A stretch of 64,000 nt of DNA. It comes from Mobula hypostoma. Its lineage: Eukaryota. Below are positions 1 to 12,846 of the stretch, piece after piece. Each line of letters opens with the position of its first letter. The stretch's first letter is position 1. The stretch is taken from NCBI RefSeq assembly GCF_963921235.1, contig NC_086097.1:186498001-186562000 (forward strand), written 5' to 3'. The translations under genes and the position numbers were made by a program. The notes beneath the pieces were generated by a model. The model saw nothing but the letters and a program-made list of their open reading frames with translations, had not been told where the DNA came from and searched no databases.

Positions 1-350
1 CCAGGTTCATTTCCCAATACCAGATCAAGTACAGCCTCTCCTCTGGTAGGCTTATCTACATGTTGTGTCAGGCAACCTTCCTCAACGCACCTAACAAACT
101 CCACCCCATCTAAACCCCTTGCTCTAGGGAGATGCCAATCAATATGGGGTAATTAAAATCTCCCACCAGGACAACCCTGCTATTATTACACCTTTCCAGA
201 ATCTGTCTCCCTATCTGCTCCTCTATGTCCCTGTTAATATTGAGTGGTCTACAAAAAAAAACACCCACTAGAGTTATTGACCTCTTCCTGTTTCTAACTT
301 CCAACCACAGAGACTTAGTAGACAATCCCTCCATGACTTCCTCCTTTTCT
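1..350 (-). mobile_element. CR1 LINE ORF2 endonuclease fragment (degenerate, runs off window start)
   Basis: ORF 110..334 reads SLWLEVRNRK..ITLVGVF..RP...RVVLVGDFNYP, typical CR1 APE endonuclease motifs. Confidence 0.85.
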
Positions 351-351
351 G

Positions 352-1270
352 CATACGTACATACAAATATATACCTGTATCTATATATGTGTAGTAAGTA
401 ATTAAATTAGGCAGTGCAAAAACAGAAATTTTAAAAAAGTTATGAGGTAGTGTCCATTTAGAAATCAGATGACATAGGGGAAGGAGCTATTCTTGCATCA
501 CTGAGTGTATGCCTTCAAGCTTCTGTACCTCCTTCATGGTGGTAACAATGAGAGTAGGGCATGTCCTGGGTGGTGGGGATCCTTGATGATGGAAGCTGCT
601 TTTCTGAGGCACAGCTCCTTGAAGATGCCTCTGTAGTATCCAAGACTCTTACCCATGATAGAGGTCAATAATTTTATAACTCTCTGCATCTTATTTCGAT
701 CCTGTGCAGTAGTCACCCTCCACCCCCATACCAGACAGTGATGCAACTAGTCAAAATGCTTCTGTAGAAGTTTTCGAGTGTTTTAGGTGACAAAAAAAAT
801 CTTTTCAATCTCTGAATGAAATATAGCTGCTGTTTTACTTTCTTTATCGCTGCATCAATATGTTGGGACGAGGTTAGATCCGAAGAGATCTAGACACCCA
901 GGAACTTGAAATTGCTCTCTCTCTCTCTCCACTTCTGATCCCTCTGAGGATTGTTTTGTGTTCCCCCATCTTACCATTCCTGAATTCCACAATCAGTTCT
1001 CTGGTGTTGCTGATGTTGAGTGCAAGGTTGTTGCTGTGACGCCACTCAACTAGCTGGTATATCTCACCCCTGTATGTCCTTTCATCACCATCTGAGATTC
1101 TGCTGACAATAGTTAGATGGCATTTGAGCAGTGTGTCTAACCACTCAGTCATGGGTATAGACAGAATAGAGCAGTGGGCTAAGCATACATCCCTGAGGTG
1201 TGCCAATGATGATTTCTTTTTCAGTGAGGTGGAGATGTTATTACTAATCTTTACAGATTGTGGCCTTCAG
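352..1270 (-). mobile_element. Rex1/Babar-like LINE 3' part (RT C-terminus and tail)
   Basis: ORFs 874..1206 (RISDGDERTYRGEIYQLVEW..NNLALNISNTRELIVEFR) and 534..746 (CLRKAASIIKDPHHPGHALLSLLP). Confidence 0.85.
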
Positions 1271-1272
1271 AT

Positions 1273-1980
1273 TAGCGTTGCCCCCAGCCAAATTAGTTTA
1301 AACCCACCTGAACAACTCTAGCCAACCTGCTTGCCAGAATACTGAACCCCCTTTTTGTACAAGTCATACCTTCCCCAGAAGAGATCCCAAAGATCCATAA
1401 ATCTGAACCCCTGCCCCCTGCACCTGTTCCTCAGCAAAGCATTCACCTGCCAAATATTGTATTCTTGCCCTCACTGGCATGTGGCACAGGCAGCAATCAA
1501 GAAATTACCACACTGGAGGTCCTGTTTCTCTGCTTTCTACCTAGCTCCCTCTCTTCAAGACCTCCTTGCCTTGACTATCAATGTCACTGGTGCCAATATA
1601 CGCCAAGGCCAATAATTCTGGCTGCTCACTCTTGCCTTTGAGAATGCCATGGTCAAGATCTGACACCACCCTGATCCTGGCACCTGGGAGTAACATACCA
1701 TCCAGATGTCTCTATCATGCCCACGGAACCTTGTCTCTGTTCCTCCAACTAAGAAATCTCCTATCAACACTGCAGTCCTCTTCACCTCTCTGCTCTTCTG
1801 AGCTACAGCACCAGACTCTGGGTCAGAGACCTAGGTATTGTGTCTCCTCCCAGTAGATCGTCCCTCTGGATAGTATCTAAAGTTGTATACTTATTATTGT
1901 GGGGAATGGCCACAGGTGTACTCTGCACTGGCTGTGCATTTCCCATCCTTCTCCTGATAATCACCCAGTTACCTCTCGAC
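1273..1980 (-). mobile_element. CR1 LINE ORF1 region (SGNH esterase-like), degenerate
   Basis: ORF 1555..1785 AVLIGDFLVGGTETRFRGHDRDIWMVC and ORF 1803..2003 PVAIPHNNKYTTLDT resemble CR1 ORF1; frameshifted. Confidence 0.75.
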
Positions 1981-2988
1981 AGGGTAAATATCCACAGGGA
2001 CACTTCATTTGCATGTGGTCATGCAATAGTGGGTATCATCTAAAGTTGCAATAAAAGCAGTTTTAAATGTTTTCTGTGCCTGTCTGTTAATCATCTGGAA
2101 TCTGTGTACAAGTTCCTCTAAACACCAAGATTTAACAATGTTTCATTCTTTAAGGGGTATTCTGTTTATCCCAAATTCTAACAAAATGAGCAATCTCACA
2201 TTTCCTTATGATGTATTTTATTTACCTCTTTGCACATGCACCTCATTTGTCTAAATCCTTTAGATAATCTGTTTCATTAATATTTAAGTTATTGAAACAC
2301 CAATAGCAAAACATGGCACTTTATCAATAACTACTTGCCACCTGTAAGTGGCAACACGCCCACGATGTCCACCACTGCCCCATTCTGTTTTCTCCTTTAA
2401 CCAATACCCCTGTCAGGGTGTTACCCCACCCTGCAAGCTCCAATAGTGTGTAACAATGTCTTTCCAAGAGAGAACTTATTGGATACCTTTTGGAAAATTC
2501 ATGCCCTCTTCTCATTGTCATTCCCATCTTCCAGCACTTAATTCATAGTCTTCAAGCTTTTGTAAGTCAAGCGGTTGCTGGGTTGCTGAGATACTTCAAT
2601 GTTTTGAGAGTATATGCCTCCACCATCCAATTAGTGCAATATAGATTCCAAGCACACTCTAGGTGAAAGTTCTTGCACAGATCCCTCTAAACTTCTAGCC
2701 CTTATCTCAAATCTGTCATCTTGGTTTAGTTGCTGTTATAACTTAGTTTTACTAAGTTTAATTGCTTTTGAAATCACCCTATAGACCCTTTGTTCTCCAC
2801 TACTCATGACATTTTCATCTTTCAGTGTAAAGATATATAAGGTAGTGATTTAACTTCTCAGTCACTTCCTTACTGTCCATCATTATTTTACTTCATCAGC
2901 ATCTGAGGGACCATTATATCATTAAATTGAATTCTACAATTTGTGTAGGCAAGTTGCCCTGAAGTTATACTACGTGCTTAATGATTCC

Positions 2989-2990
<2 letters not shown>

Positions 2991-3032
<42 letters not shown>
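2991..3032. repeat. (GT)21 microsatellite
   Basis: Perfect dinucleotide run read directly. Confidence 0.97.
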
Positions 3033-3034
<2 letters not shown>

Positions 3035-4214
3035 TATTATTTTCCTTCAAACTCAATTAAAAATTCTATCATATTGTGATTATTTCTGCAATGGTTTATG
3101 ACCATGATATAAGACCCAATGGCATCACGTAAGATACAATCGAAGATGATCCATTTCTTGGTTGGATCGACAGTTTTTTCAGGAATGCTCTTTTAAATTT
3201 GTGCTGTGGGCTTAACCAGCAAATTAATTCTCTAATCTGATTCTAAAATCTCCTGTAAGAGTTGTAACAAAATTTCCTTCCCACTTACATCCATGACAAT
3301 TCTCATGCCCTCAATCTCCTCGGTAGTTTTCAATTCCCTGGCCCTGACTGCCTCTTCTTCACCATGGATGTTCAGTCCCTGTACACTTCTATCCCCCAAC
3401 AAGAAGGCCTCAAAGCTTTCTGTTTTCTTGATAAAAGAACCGATCAATTCTCCTCTACCACCACCCTCCTCTGCTGGCAAAACTGGTCCTCGTCCTGAAC
3501 AATTTTTCCTTTGGCTTCTGCCACTTTCTGCAGACTTGAGGGGTAGCCATGAGTGATTCACATGGGCCCCAGCTCTGTCTACTTCTTCAAAGGTGACATA
3601 GAACAGTCCATGTTCCAAGCCTTCCCTGGTTATACTCCACTGCATTGACTACATTGGTATTGCTTCATGTGCCCATGCTGTGCTCATCAATTTTATCAAC
3701 TTTGTCCCTAACTTCCACTCTGCCCTTAAATTCACTTGGTCCATCTCTGCACCTCCCTCCCCTTTCTCGATCTCTATCTCCACCTCTAGAGACAAATTGT
3801 CAACTGACATCATTTATAAACCTACAGATTCCCACAGTTATCTCAACTATACCTCTTCCCACCCTGTTTCCTATAAAGATACTATTCCCTTTACTCAGTT
3901 TCCTCAACTCTGCCACATCTGTTCCCAGGAGCAGCTTTCCATTCCAGGACATCAAGAATGGGATTTCCCTCCCTTCACTATTGATGCTGCCCTGTCCTGC
4001 ATCTCCTCCATTTCCCACACAGCTGCATTCACCACATCTTCAGGCCGCCTTAATAGTGATGGAATCCCTCTTATCCTTGCCTTTCACTCATCAGCCTCTT
4101 CATTCTGCATCCAGTATGTAATCCTCCAGAACTTCCATCATCTTCAAAGTGATCCTATCCCTCAACATATTCCCCCCACCCTCACTTTCTGCAGCCATTG
4201 CTCCCTTTGTGATT

Positions 4215-4786
4215 TAGATTACACTTAGTCCTTGTTTATTGTCATTTAGTAATGCATTCATTAAGAAATGATACAAAGTTCTTCCAGTATGATATCACAG
4301 AAACACAAGACAGACCAAGACTAAAACTGACAAAAACCACATAATTATAACATATAGTTACAACAGTGCAAAGCAATACTGTAATTTGTTAGAGAGCAGA
4401 CCATGGGCACAGTAAAGAAAAAAAAAGTCCCAAAGACCCGAAAGCCCCATCTCACGCAGACGGTAGAAGGAAGAAAAACTCTCCCTGCCATGAGCTTCTA
4501 GCGTCGCAAACTTGCCGATGCAGCATCCTGGAATCACCCGACCACAGCCGATTCTAAGCCCATCCGAAAACTTTGAGCCTCCGACCAGCCTTCCGACACC
4601 GAAAACCGAGCACCATCTCTGCCTCCAGAGATTCTCGATCGCACAGTAGCAGCGAAGCGGGCATTTCAGAAGTTTCACCAGATGTTCCTCCGTGCTTCTC
4701 ATGTCTGTCTCCATCAAATTAGGATTGTGCACGGCATCCTACTTGACAAATAACAGATATTCATCACAGAAAGGCCTCGCCGCCAC
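4215..4786 (-). mobile_element. GC-rich non-autonomous retroelement, copy 1 (homologous to 24694-25352)
   Basis: Reverse complement aligns with 24694-25352 along its length; interrupts the Penelope element. Confidence 0.8.
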
Positions 4787-4978
4787 CTCCCTTGTCCATT
4801 TGTCCATCCCCACTAATTCACCTCCTGGCACTTATCCCTGTAAGTGGACTAAGTGCTATATCTTCTTCCTCACCTCCATTAAGGGCCCAGGCAGTCTTTC
4901 TAGGTAAGGCAACACTTCTTCTGTGAATCTGCTGGGGTGCTCCCATTGTGACCTCCTCTACATTAGTGAGACTCTTAC

Positions 4979-5133
4979 ATAGATTTTTACATAGTAAGGG
5001 AATTAAGGGTTATGGGGGAAAAGGCAGGTAGATGGAACTGAGTTTACAGACAGATCAGCCAAGATCATATTGAATGGCGGGCAGGCTCGATGGGCCGGGT
5101 GGCCTACTCCTGCTCCTATTTCTGATGTTTTTT
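4979..5133 (+). mobile_element. 5'-truncated CR1 3' tail nested in Penelope
   Basis: GGTTATGGGGGAAAAGGCAGG...TGGCCTACTCCTGCTCCTATTTCT, same tail as 49390-49548. Confidence 0.85.
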
Positions 5134-7344
5134 GTAAATTGGTGGACCACTTTGTCGAACACCTCCGCACCATCTGCCACAAGCGGGGCTTCCTAGTGGC
5201 CAAATATTTCAATTCCGATTCCCAATCCCATTCCAATGTGTCAGTCCACACCCTCTTCTTGTGCTAGGATGAGGCCACTCTCAGGGTGGAGGAACAAGAC
5301 CTTGTATTCCATCTGGGTAGCCTCCAACCTGATGGTTTGAATATTGATTTCCCCTCTGGTAAACAAATACCCCCCCCCCATTTTTCTATTCCCCACTCTG
5401 ATCTTTTGCCTCTTCTTACCTGCCTATGACCTCCCCTTGGGTCCCTTCCTCCTTCTTTCTCCTGAGAACAATGCTCCCATCTCACCTATCAGATTTCTTC
5501 TTCTCCAGCCCTTGCTCTGTCCCATCGACCTGGCTTCACCTATCACCTTTCAGCTTGCCTCTTTCCCCTCTCCCCACCTTTTTATTCTGGTGTCTTCTCC
5601 CTTCCTTCTCAATCATGAAGAAGAGTCATGGTCTGAAACGTCAACTGCTCATTCATTTCCATAGATGCTGCCTGTCCTGCTGAGTTCCTCCAGCATTTTG
5701 AGAGTTGCTTTGGATTTCCATCATCTACAGACTTTCTTGTATTTATAGCAAAACTCACACTTGATTAAGATGTCTTATTGGTATTCACAGACGGAAGAAA
5801 TCATGCTTATGAGACCAATTTCTAAAAAGGCTGATCAAGGAGAAGATTGTGTTGCAAAGACCTTTCACTTCCATCCTCCAGCAATGAGAAGGGTTGACAG
5901 CCAGCTGTCTGGTTTGAAGTCTGCTATCTATCAGGCAATTCTATGATTTGCCAATAAAAGAAGTGTTGTCAGAGAAAGATTTGAAGGATAGAAAATATTT
6001 TTTTTCTAGACACAGCAGCTAAATCAGGCAGTTATAAAAGACATTAGACTTAATCTATAGTTTGTAATGAGTTATCTTTTAAATGCTCTTTCTGTAGGTG
6101 TGATTCAAGTGATCTCAAAGCAATGAGTTATGAAGTGGGAAATCATCCGTGACTACTGATCCTTATTGATATCTGAAAGTGTATACATGTCAGTTAATTG
6201 TCTGATTAGATATACTTATAACACCCTTGTAGTCAAGTAGTCTACAAGCACTCATTGTGGAAGCTAATTATAAAATTGCTTAAATAACTGATAAATATAT
6301 CAAATGTTATAATAAAACAGCATTTGGAGGCAGTATTTTCTGCTGTTTTCACTTCACTAGTTTAACCTTAACAGAATGTGATAGGAAATTGTTGGTCAAC
6401 CGTGTCTTTGTTATGATCCTTGCATCTTTGTCCCCTGTTAATCACATAGCTATAATTAACATTTATTACTGAAAACTTATCAAGTCATGCAAAATGGATG
6501 AGGAAATACTGTATGAAAGAGAGAATCATTTCAATAATATCAGTGGATTTCCAGAAAAGTTGTTTATAGTGAGTCAGAGCTGTAGCTATTGAAAAAAGAA
6601 AAAAACAGAAATGACAGAAAATATATTGACTGCGTTATGAAAGATGCTGGAAATTGTATTAAGAATTTTGATTCTGGAGCACATTCTAAAATAGTCTTCT
6701 GTGCACCTGATTATCATGCTTTCACAGATGAGGCTGGTTGTGCTTTTCAAAATGAAATTGTATGCATTTATATGAGGAAGTGTCAGTCATTCATGTAAGT
6801 GTGGTGTTAGTGGGCTGACTTGTCCATGGTTCAGTACGTAGTTTTCTGTTTCTATAAACCTATTTGGTTATGGTAACAGCTTATCATTTTTTCAAGAACG
6901 TGTGCAACCACTTAGATTTGCTTGTCTAAAATAAATTTATTTTTAGTTGTCAAATTTCAATTAGGCTGCAATGAAGCCTGCGTGACAGATAGATTGCATC
7001 TATCCATTAAGCAGAGGCCTTGGAGCAAGAAAGGCATTGTGTTAAGTTTGTTCTTTAAAGCTCCAGTACCTGTTGCAAATATGCTTCCCCAGTTTTAAAG
7101 GTTATCACTGAAAATATTTTGTCCCATAGTTTTCTTTCTAGGATGACGGTACTCATGGTATATGTGTAAAGGCTACAAAAATTTCCGATGAAGGAAGATG
7201 CAGGGTTTTAACCATCATTAACCACAGAGGTCACAAGTTGTTGACCTGGCAGACCATGCCACAATCTTCTTTAAACGAACAGCTTCACTTCCTTCCTCAC
7301 CACTGAAGTTAGGGAATTTACTCTCTTTGTGAGTAGATTGACGT

Positions 7345-8300
7345 CAAGGATGCTGGAGGATTGTTTCATCTTTTCTAACCTACATGCCAGCAACATGGCA
7401 GAAAATGGAGAGTGTCAGTGGGTAGATATGAGTGTAGTGTCTATTAATAAGGAGAAGGAAGCTGCAAGGTCTGAAGGTGGGTAAGTCACCTGAACTAGAT
7501 GGACCCCAGGTTCTGAAAGATGTAACTGAAGAGATTGTAAAGGCATTAATACTGCTCTTTCAAAAATCAATAGAGTCAGGAGTGGTCCCAGAGGACTAAA
7601 AAATTGCAAATATCACCACTTTTTTTAAGAAAGGAGGGAGATAAAAGACATTGGGCCATTTAACCTGACTTCAATGGCTAGTGAAATTTTAGAGGTCATT
7701 ATTAAGGATGAGATTTCAGGGCACTTGGAAGAACATGATAAGATAGACCAAAATCAGCATATCCTTCTTAAGAGGAGATCATGCCTGACAAATCTGTTGG
7801 AATTATTTGATGAAATAACAAGCAAAGTAAGTAGATGTAGTTTACTTGGATTTTCAGAGGTGTTTGACAAAGTGCTGCACATAAGGTAGATAAGGTACTA
7901 GCATGGGTAGAAGACTGGCTAACTGGTAGAAAGCATAGAGTGGGAATCAAGGGGATCCGTTTCTCGTCCACTGCCAATGATTAGTGATGTTCCCCAAGTT
8001 TGTGGAACTTGCAGGTTGAGTAGGTAGTAAGCAATGCAAATGCAATGTTAGCATTTGTTCCAGGAGGGCTCATACAGGTATATAAAATCAAGGATGTCAT
8101 GTTGAGATTTTATAAGGCATTGGTCAGACCACGTGGATTATTGTGAGCAGTTTTAGGACCCATGTCTAAGGAGGGAAGCACTGGCATTTGGAAGGGTCTC
8201 GTGGGGTGTTTATGAGAATATCTTGGGGATGAAAAGGTTGACAGGTGAGGTGCATATGTGGGCTCTGGGCCTGTACACACTAGAGCTTGAAGGAAGGAAA
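7345..8300 (+). mobile_element. Old CR1 ORF2 fragments
   Basis: ORF 7674..7889 IIKDEISGHLEEHDKI..QH..LKRRSCLTNLLELFDEIT; many deletions. Confidence 0.8.
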
Positions 8301-8538
8301 GGAGCCCTGAAGCATGAGCTCTGGGTGTTCTTTCCAGAGATTCTGTCTGACCTGCTCAGTATTTCATACATTTTCTGTTTATTATCAATCTCAATGGCAC
8401 ATGCTTAGTTGTACTGCGAAAGCAAATTATAGCTCAGTATGTCCACTCCTCATACGCTAACCCCAAACGTTTGTCCTTATTCTGTAGCTGCAGCTAGCAC
8501 ATGTTTGCAGACTGTGCCAGCTACTATTTTGGTGTAAA

Positions 8539-8742
8539 CATAGAAACATAGAAAATAGGTGCAGGAGTAGGCCATTCGGCCCTTCGAGCCTGCACCGCCA
8601 TTCAGTATGATCATGGCTGATCATCCAACTCAGAACCCCGCCCCAGCCTTCCCTCCATACCCCCTGATTCCTTTAGCCATAAGAGCCATAACTAACTCTC
8701 TCGATCCCTTTAGCCACAAGGGCCATATCTAACTCCCTCCCA
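8539..8742 (-). mobile_element. Short CR1 3' tail insertion with GTGTAAA target-site duplication
   Basis: CATAGAAACATAGAAA tail and GGCCATTCGGCCCTTCGAGCC; GTGTAAA at 8532-8538 and 8743-8749. Confidence 0.85.
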
Positions 8743-9247
8743 GTGTAAATGCACTGCAGTGAATTACAGTGGTGTCTGATCCCTGAGGCACACTGTGGAG
8801 TGCATGAATGAGTAGACTGGAGGTCTGGAGTGTTTAAGGAAGAAAGGAAGGATTCACATTTGTGGCCTAGTGCTCTGGTGTCTGGAGATTACTGTATAGA
8901 GAGGGAGAGAGGCTGGTGCCTCAAGATCATCCACTTGTGCTAGATAATCAAGACTGTGGGGGGAGCAAATGTGCCTGATGATTACTACCCTTGTGCAGGA
9001 TGCAGATTGGGGTTAATTGTAAGATAAAATCCTGCACTGAAAGATGAGAGCAGTGGGGTTTAACTGAAGGTCACAGGGTTTGGTATGATACACTGCTAGG
9101 GTGACAGAGGAGCTCTGGAAAACTGGCAACCTTTATTAATAAAAATAGTCAGTATGCCTCTATTTCCTGGGACTGGTGCCACTATGTGTTTTGTTGACAT
9201 GTATTTGTATGTTTTCAGCTGAATTTTTTCAGAGGGGCGAGTAAATG

Positions 9248-9317
9248 GTCACAATTATATTCCGAGCCAGAAACGCATAGATGTCACAATTATATTCCCA
9301 GCCAGAAATGCATAGAT
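9248..9317. repeat. 35-bp tandem duplication (2 mismatches)
   Basis: GTCACAATTATATTCC[G/C]AGCCAGAAA[C/T]GCATAGAT at 9248-9282 and 9283-9317. Confidence 0.95.
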
Positions 9318-11365
9318 CTAAGAATCTAAATTTCTAGGCTTTGAGTTTATTCAGTAACACCCTGATGCTTCCAGTAATATTTGCTCCTTCAGTGAACTAT
9401 GGCTTATAATAAACCTCGTAATTAATCTTGCAAACATGTAATAAATCTTGCAATATGTCAGAAACAGAGTTAGGTTTCAGACTGACCCTCCAGCAGGACT
9501 TCTGAAATGTAAATATTAATTCTGAATAACCTTCCACAGATGATGCTCAGCTTTTCCAGCATTTTCTGTTTTTATTTCAGATTTACAGCTTTGGCATATT
9601 TTTAAATTTTGCGTAACTCCCATGAACTGAATAGCATATGCCACTTCTTACATCTACTCTTCTGCATATGTCGAAACAAATAAAATTCTAAAAACATTCA
9701 ATAGGTTGTGCAGCATCTATGGAAAGAGAAAAAGGGTTAACATTTTAGGCTAAAGAACCTTTGTTAGAACTGGGTTAAAACCAAGATTAGCTCATAGTGA
9801 GTAGAGTACTGCAGGCTCATGAGGATGTATTGAGGAAAGTGGAAAATCAAAGTAGTCAATGTGCTTCTACCAGTTAGCAGTGAATGGATTTAGAGAGGAC
9901 AAGAGGCCTGAAGGAAGGGTGCAGGTTAGATGGTAGAATGGTACCGTACAGCACAGGAACGGGCCCTTTGACTCATGATGTTGTGCCAAACTAAGTAAAT
10001 TGCTTAGGAATTTTGGAGACAGGAGAATTGGTCTGTTGACTTGGTGAATGTTTTGGTGAAAGAAGCATTCGATATAACTTGCACAATCTGAATTTATGAA
10101 GGCAGAAGGGGGAATAGAATTCAAAGTTGTTTGAGTTTATAAATAGGCCATTCAGCTCTTGAGTTTACCTGACATCCAAAAGGAAGAAGAAAAATAAAAT
10201 GTTGCCAGGCCTGACAAAGGGTTTTATCCTAAAAATTATCCTAAAAAGTTAATGTTGTTTCTCTTCTGACAGAGAGGCAGTACTCATTTGTTGATGCAGA
10301 ACTGTGTTAAGAGTATAAGCAATAAGTACAGAAGTCGGTTGTTTTAAGCATAAGTCAGCTCTTCCCCTTGAGCCTGCTCCACAATTCAGCAAGGTGATTG
10401 CTTAGTTTGTACTCAACTCTACTTTCCTGCCTAATCCTTATAATGCTTAACTTCTCTTCTATCAAGAAACGTATTGTACTCAGAATACATGACTCTCTGG
10501 TATAGAGATTTCCAAAAGATGAACACTCATTTTGAGAGACATTTTGTTTTAACTCAGCAACCCCTTACTGTGAAACTAAGCTTTTAGTTCTATGTTGCCC
10601 CATCTAAGAAAACATGGTCTTAACATTGCTGTCAAGGTCTTTCAGAATCTTGTACATGTCAATAAAATGACTACTCATTTTTCAGACTTGTACATAAAGT
10701 TCTAATATGCTCAATTATTCCTCAAAGTTTTGTGTATTTCATCCACAGGGACACCCAGATCTTTTTACTCAGCAGCATTCATAGCCTCGCTATTGAAACA
10801 ATATTCTGTTTTGTAATTACACTATAAAACCATAAGATATAGGAGAAGAATTAGGTCATTTGGCCCATTGATTTTGCTCCGCCATTTCATCATGGCTGAT
10901 TTATTATCTTTCTCAACCTCATTCTTCAGCCCATATCCTTTGATGCCCTGATTAATTAAAAACCTAGCAATCTCTGCTTTAAATATACACAATGACTTGG
11001 CCTGTACAGCCACCTTGGCAATGAAATCCACAGAATCACCACCCACTGGCTAAAGAAATATTTTCTCATCACTGTTCTAAATGGATGTCCCTCTATTCTG
11101 AGGCTGTGCCCTCTGGCCCTAGATTCCCCCACTATAGGAAACATGCTCTCCAATTTATCTAGACCTTTCAATATTCAATAGGTTTAATTACAACCCCACA
11201 CCACCCCCACCCCCACATTCTCTAAACTCAAACAAGTACATGCCCAGAGCAATGAAATGTTTCTTGTATTTTCATTCTTGCAACCATTCTCATGAACTCC
11301 TCTGGAACCTCTCTAATACCAGCAAATCTTTTCTTCTATAAGGGGCCCAAAACTGCTCACAGTAC

Positions 11366-12155
11366 TGTTGACTGTTTGTTAACAGACATGGTTAGGAAAT
11401 TCACTATGCAATGCGTAATCGAAGCTTGCACTTTATTGTTTCTACACAAACAACAACTTAACTATGTTGACCCCTGGCCAACAGCTTAGAGCATGAATTC
11501 TACTGTTCCCTCTGTACCAATACTCACTCAGACCACTTTTCTAATTTATAACACTGAAAATATGGATCTCCATTGATTCTTTTTTTACCCAGTCCCTGGC
11601 ATGGGGGTTCTTCCTTGTGATGGTGGGTCTCTTGAGAGAGTTATCGCTGATAGCACACTCAATGTGTTCACTTTTATACTCGTTCCATACCAATTGAAAT
11701 ATTGTATTCCATTGTCATTGGCTGTGGGTCATCTGATTGACCTGTAACACCTGTTTGTTGGCTTTGCTCCAGACCAGCATCCAATTATTGCCCTCTTCCC
11801 AGCAAGTGACAGTCGGTAATTTATGGCTTTCTTCTCTTCAGTAACCAGCTCGAATCATTCCAGGCAGATACTAACCCCAAAATTCACAAATCTGCATGTT
11901 CTATTATATCAAAGAACACCTCACAAATAGCTTCTTATTGGAAATGATCTCCATTTCAGCAGATTGTCTGAAACATCATTGTGTCCACTTTAAAATGCAG
12001 AAAGCAACATCTCACAAAATGGAGGATGTAAAACAATGCCACAAAATGCTAATTTCCATCTCCAACATGTGGCAGGAACAAAGAAAATTGATCTGTCTAC
12101 TTCCACTGTCTTTGACCTATTCAAGTTCAGCATTTTAAATCCACCATGGTCAACA
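11366..12155 (-). mobile_element. Solo-LTR-like insertion (790 bp)
   Basis: Ends TGTTGAC...GTCAACA (7-bp inverted termini); flanks GTAC/ATAC (4-bp TSD, 1 mismatch); host CR1 resumes across it; minus-strand AATAAA near 11432. Confidence 0.75.
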
Positions 12156-12846
12156 ATACAGCTGCTGCAGTCTGACCAATGCCTTATAAAGTCTCAACTT
12201 GATGTCCTTGCATTTGGACTCTAATTCTCTCAAAATGTATGCTGACATCGAATTTGCCTTCCTTACCACCAACTCAACCTGCAAGATAATCCTTAGAGAA
12301 TTCTGCACGAAGATTCTTAAGTAGCTTTGCATCTCTAATTTTTTAATTTTCTCTCCATTTAGAAAATAGTCCACACCTTAATTATTTCCATCAAAATGTA
12401 TAACCATGCACTTCCCTACACTATATTCCATCTGCCACTTCTTTGACCATTGTCCCAATCTGTCTGTCCTCTGCAGAAACCCTGCTTCCTCAGCAACACC
12501 TGCCCCGCCAGCTACCTTCTTATCGTCTGCAAACTTGGCCACAAAGCTATCAATTCTTTCATGCAAATCATTGACATCTAACGTGAAAAGAAGAGGAACA
12601 CCACTAGTCAATGGCCACCAACTAGAAAAGCCCCCCTTATTCCCACTTTTCTCCTGCCAGTCAGCCAATATTCTATCCATGCTAATTTCTTTCCTGTAAT
12701 ACCATGGGCTCTTATTTAGTTAAGCAGCCTAATATGTGGCATCTTGTCAAAGGCCTTCTAAAAATCCAAATAAACAGCATACTCTGACTGCTTTGTCATG
12801 CTGACTTTAGCCTATTTTGTCATGTACCTCGAAACTTCATCCTTAA

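Larger units (their letters stand above)
3276..5745 (+). mobile_element. Penelope-like element (RT, GIY-YIG region and terminal repeat), degenerate, interrupted at ~4215-4786 and ~4979-5133
   Basis: ORF 3680..4228 FHSALKFTWSIS...LSTDIIYKPTDSHSYLNYTSSHP..KDTIPFTQF matches the Penelope RT thumb; LYISET (YIGET-like) at ~4955; hammerhead-like terminus near 5610-5650. Confidence 0.85.

Noticed and set aside
3232..4121. Overlapping ORFs on both strands
   Set aside because: Alternative-frame and antisense shadows of the Penelope RT.
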